Below, piece by piece: positions 63,690 to 64,000 of a stretch of 64,000 nucleotides of DNA. Location of the stretch: assembly GCA_965153455.1 (NCBI GenBank), contig OZ234493.1:30370213-30434212 (forward strand), written 5' to 3'. The position numbers and the translations under genes were made by a program. This DNA is from Sphagnum compactum. Lineage: Eukaryota. Below the pieces are notes generated by a model. The model was not told the DNA's origin and made no database searches. It worked only from the letters and a program-made list of their open reading frames with translations. The first letter of the stretch is position 1. Each line of letters opens with the position of its first letter.

Positions 63690-63840
63690 CTTAGAAATAA
63701 AATGTTGTTTCATCAGAACTAACAATTGGGAAACAAAACATTGATCCATTACAATTAGGACTTGGGGAACAAAATGTTGTTCGATTAAAATCGAGACCTG
63801 GGGAATAAAATGTTGTTCCGTCAGAACTGAGAATTGATGA
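63690..63840. repeat. Degenerate ~39-bp tandem repeat x4
   Basis: Recurrent GGGAAYAAAATGTTGTTC...ATYAGAACT units. Confidence 0.7.
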
Positions 63841-64000
63841 ATTAAACAATTTATGTGGCTTAGAGTTAACAATGGTGATAGTTTACAATTCAAATGATGA
63901 GATCACTCCCAATACAGATTGGGAGTTTCGATCAAGAAATGGTGGGTTAGATTGTTTTTAAATTTACATACATTAGATTAAATGCAGATAAAGAAATTGT

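Noticed and set aside
1..64000. tRNA, rRNA or spliceosomal snRNA genes
   Set aside because: None recognised by eye. tRNAscan-SE and Infernal would be needed to exclude them formally.

Overview
AT-rich, intron-containing land-plant nuclear DNA. The repeat landscape and gene style suggest a moss, possibly Sphagnum (inference, not verified). I reconstructed five protein-coding genes by hand with frame-consistent GT-AG junctions: plastid ribosome hibernation factor PSRP1 (+, 7317-9371), a DUF936/CORD-type protein (-, 12069-17136), a DUF2358/SnoaL + SOUL heme-binding protein (HBP5-like, +, 31253-34216), an intronless COPT5-like copper transporter (-, 35578-36033) and a reticulon (RTNLB, -, 54268-56136). 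Intergenic space holds decayed transposons: a CACTA element with TIRs and TSD, two inverted hAT remnants bracketing the reticulon gene, a MITE with the same TIR, a ZNF862-like hAT remnant, a pogo/DDE_1 remnant, Helitron-Rep and EEP-endonuclease remnants, TG..CA solo-LTR-like elements and several minisatellites. The unexplained structures most worth checking are a gene-like, apparently multi-exon but non-coding locus at about 38.7-42.3 kb containing a double hairpin, a tandem pair of C/D-box snoRNA-like units behind COPT, three predicted introns in the reticulon 3'UTR, a GTAC cluster upstream of COPT and an array of 36-bp palindromes at 62.0-62.75 kb. None of these is demonstrated to be a new system.
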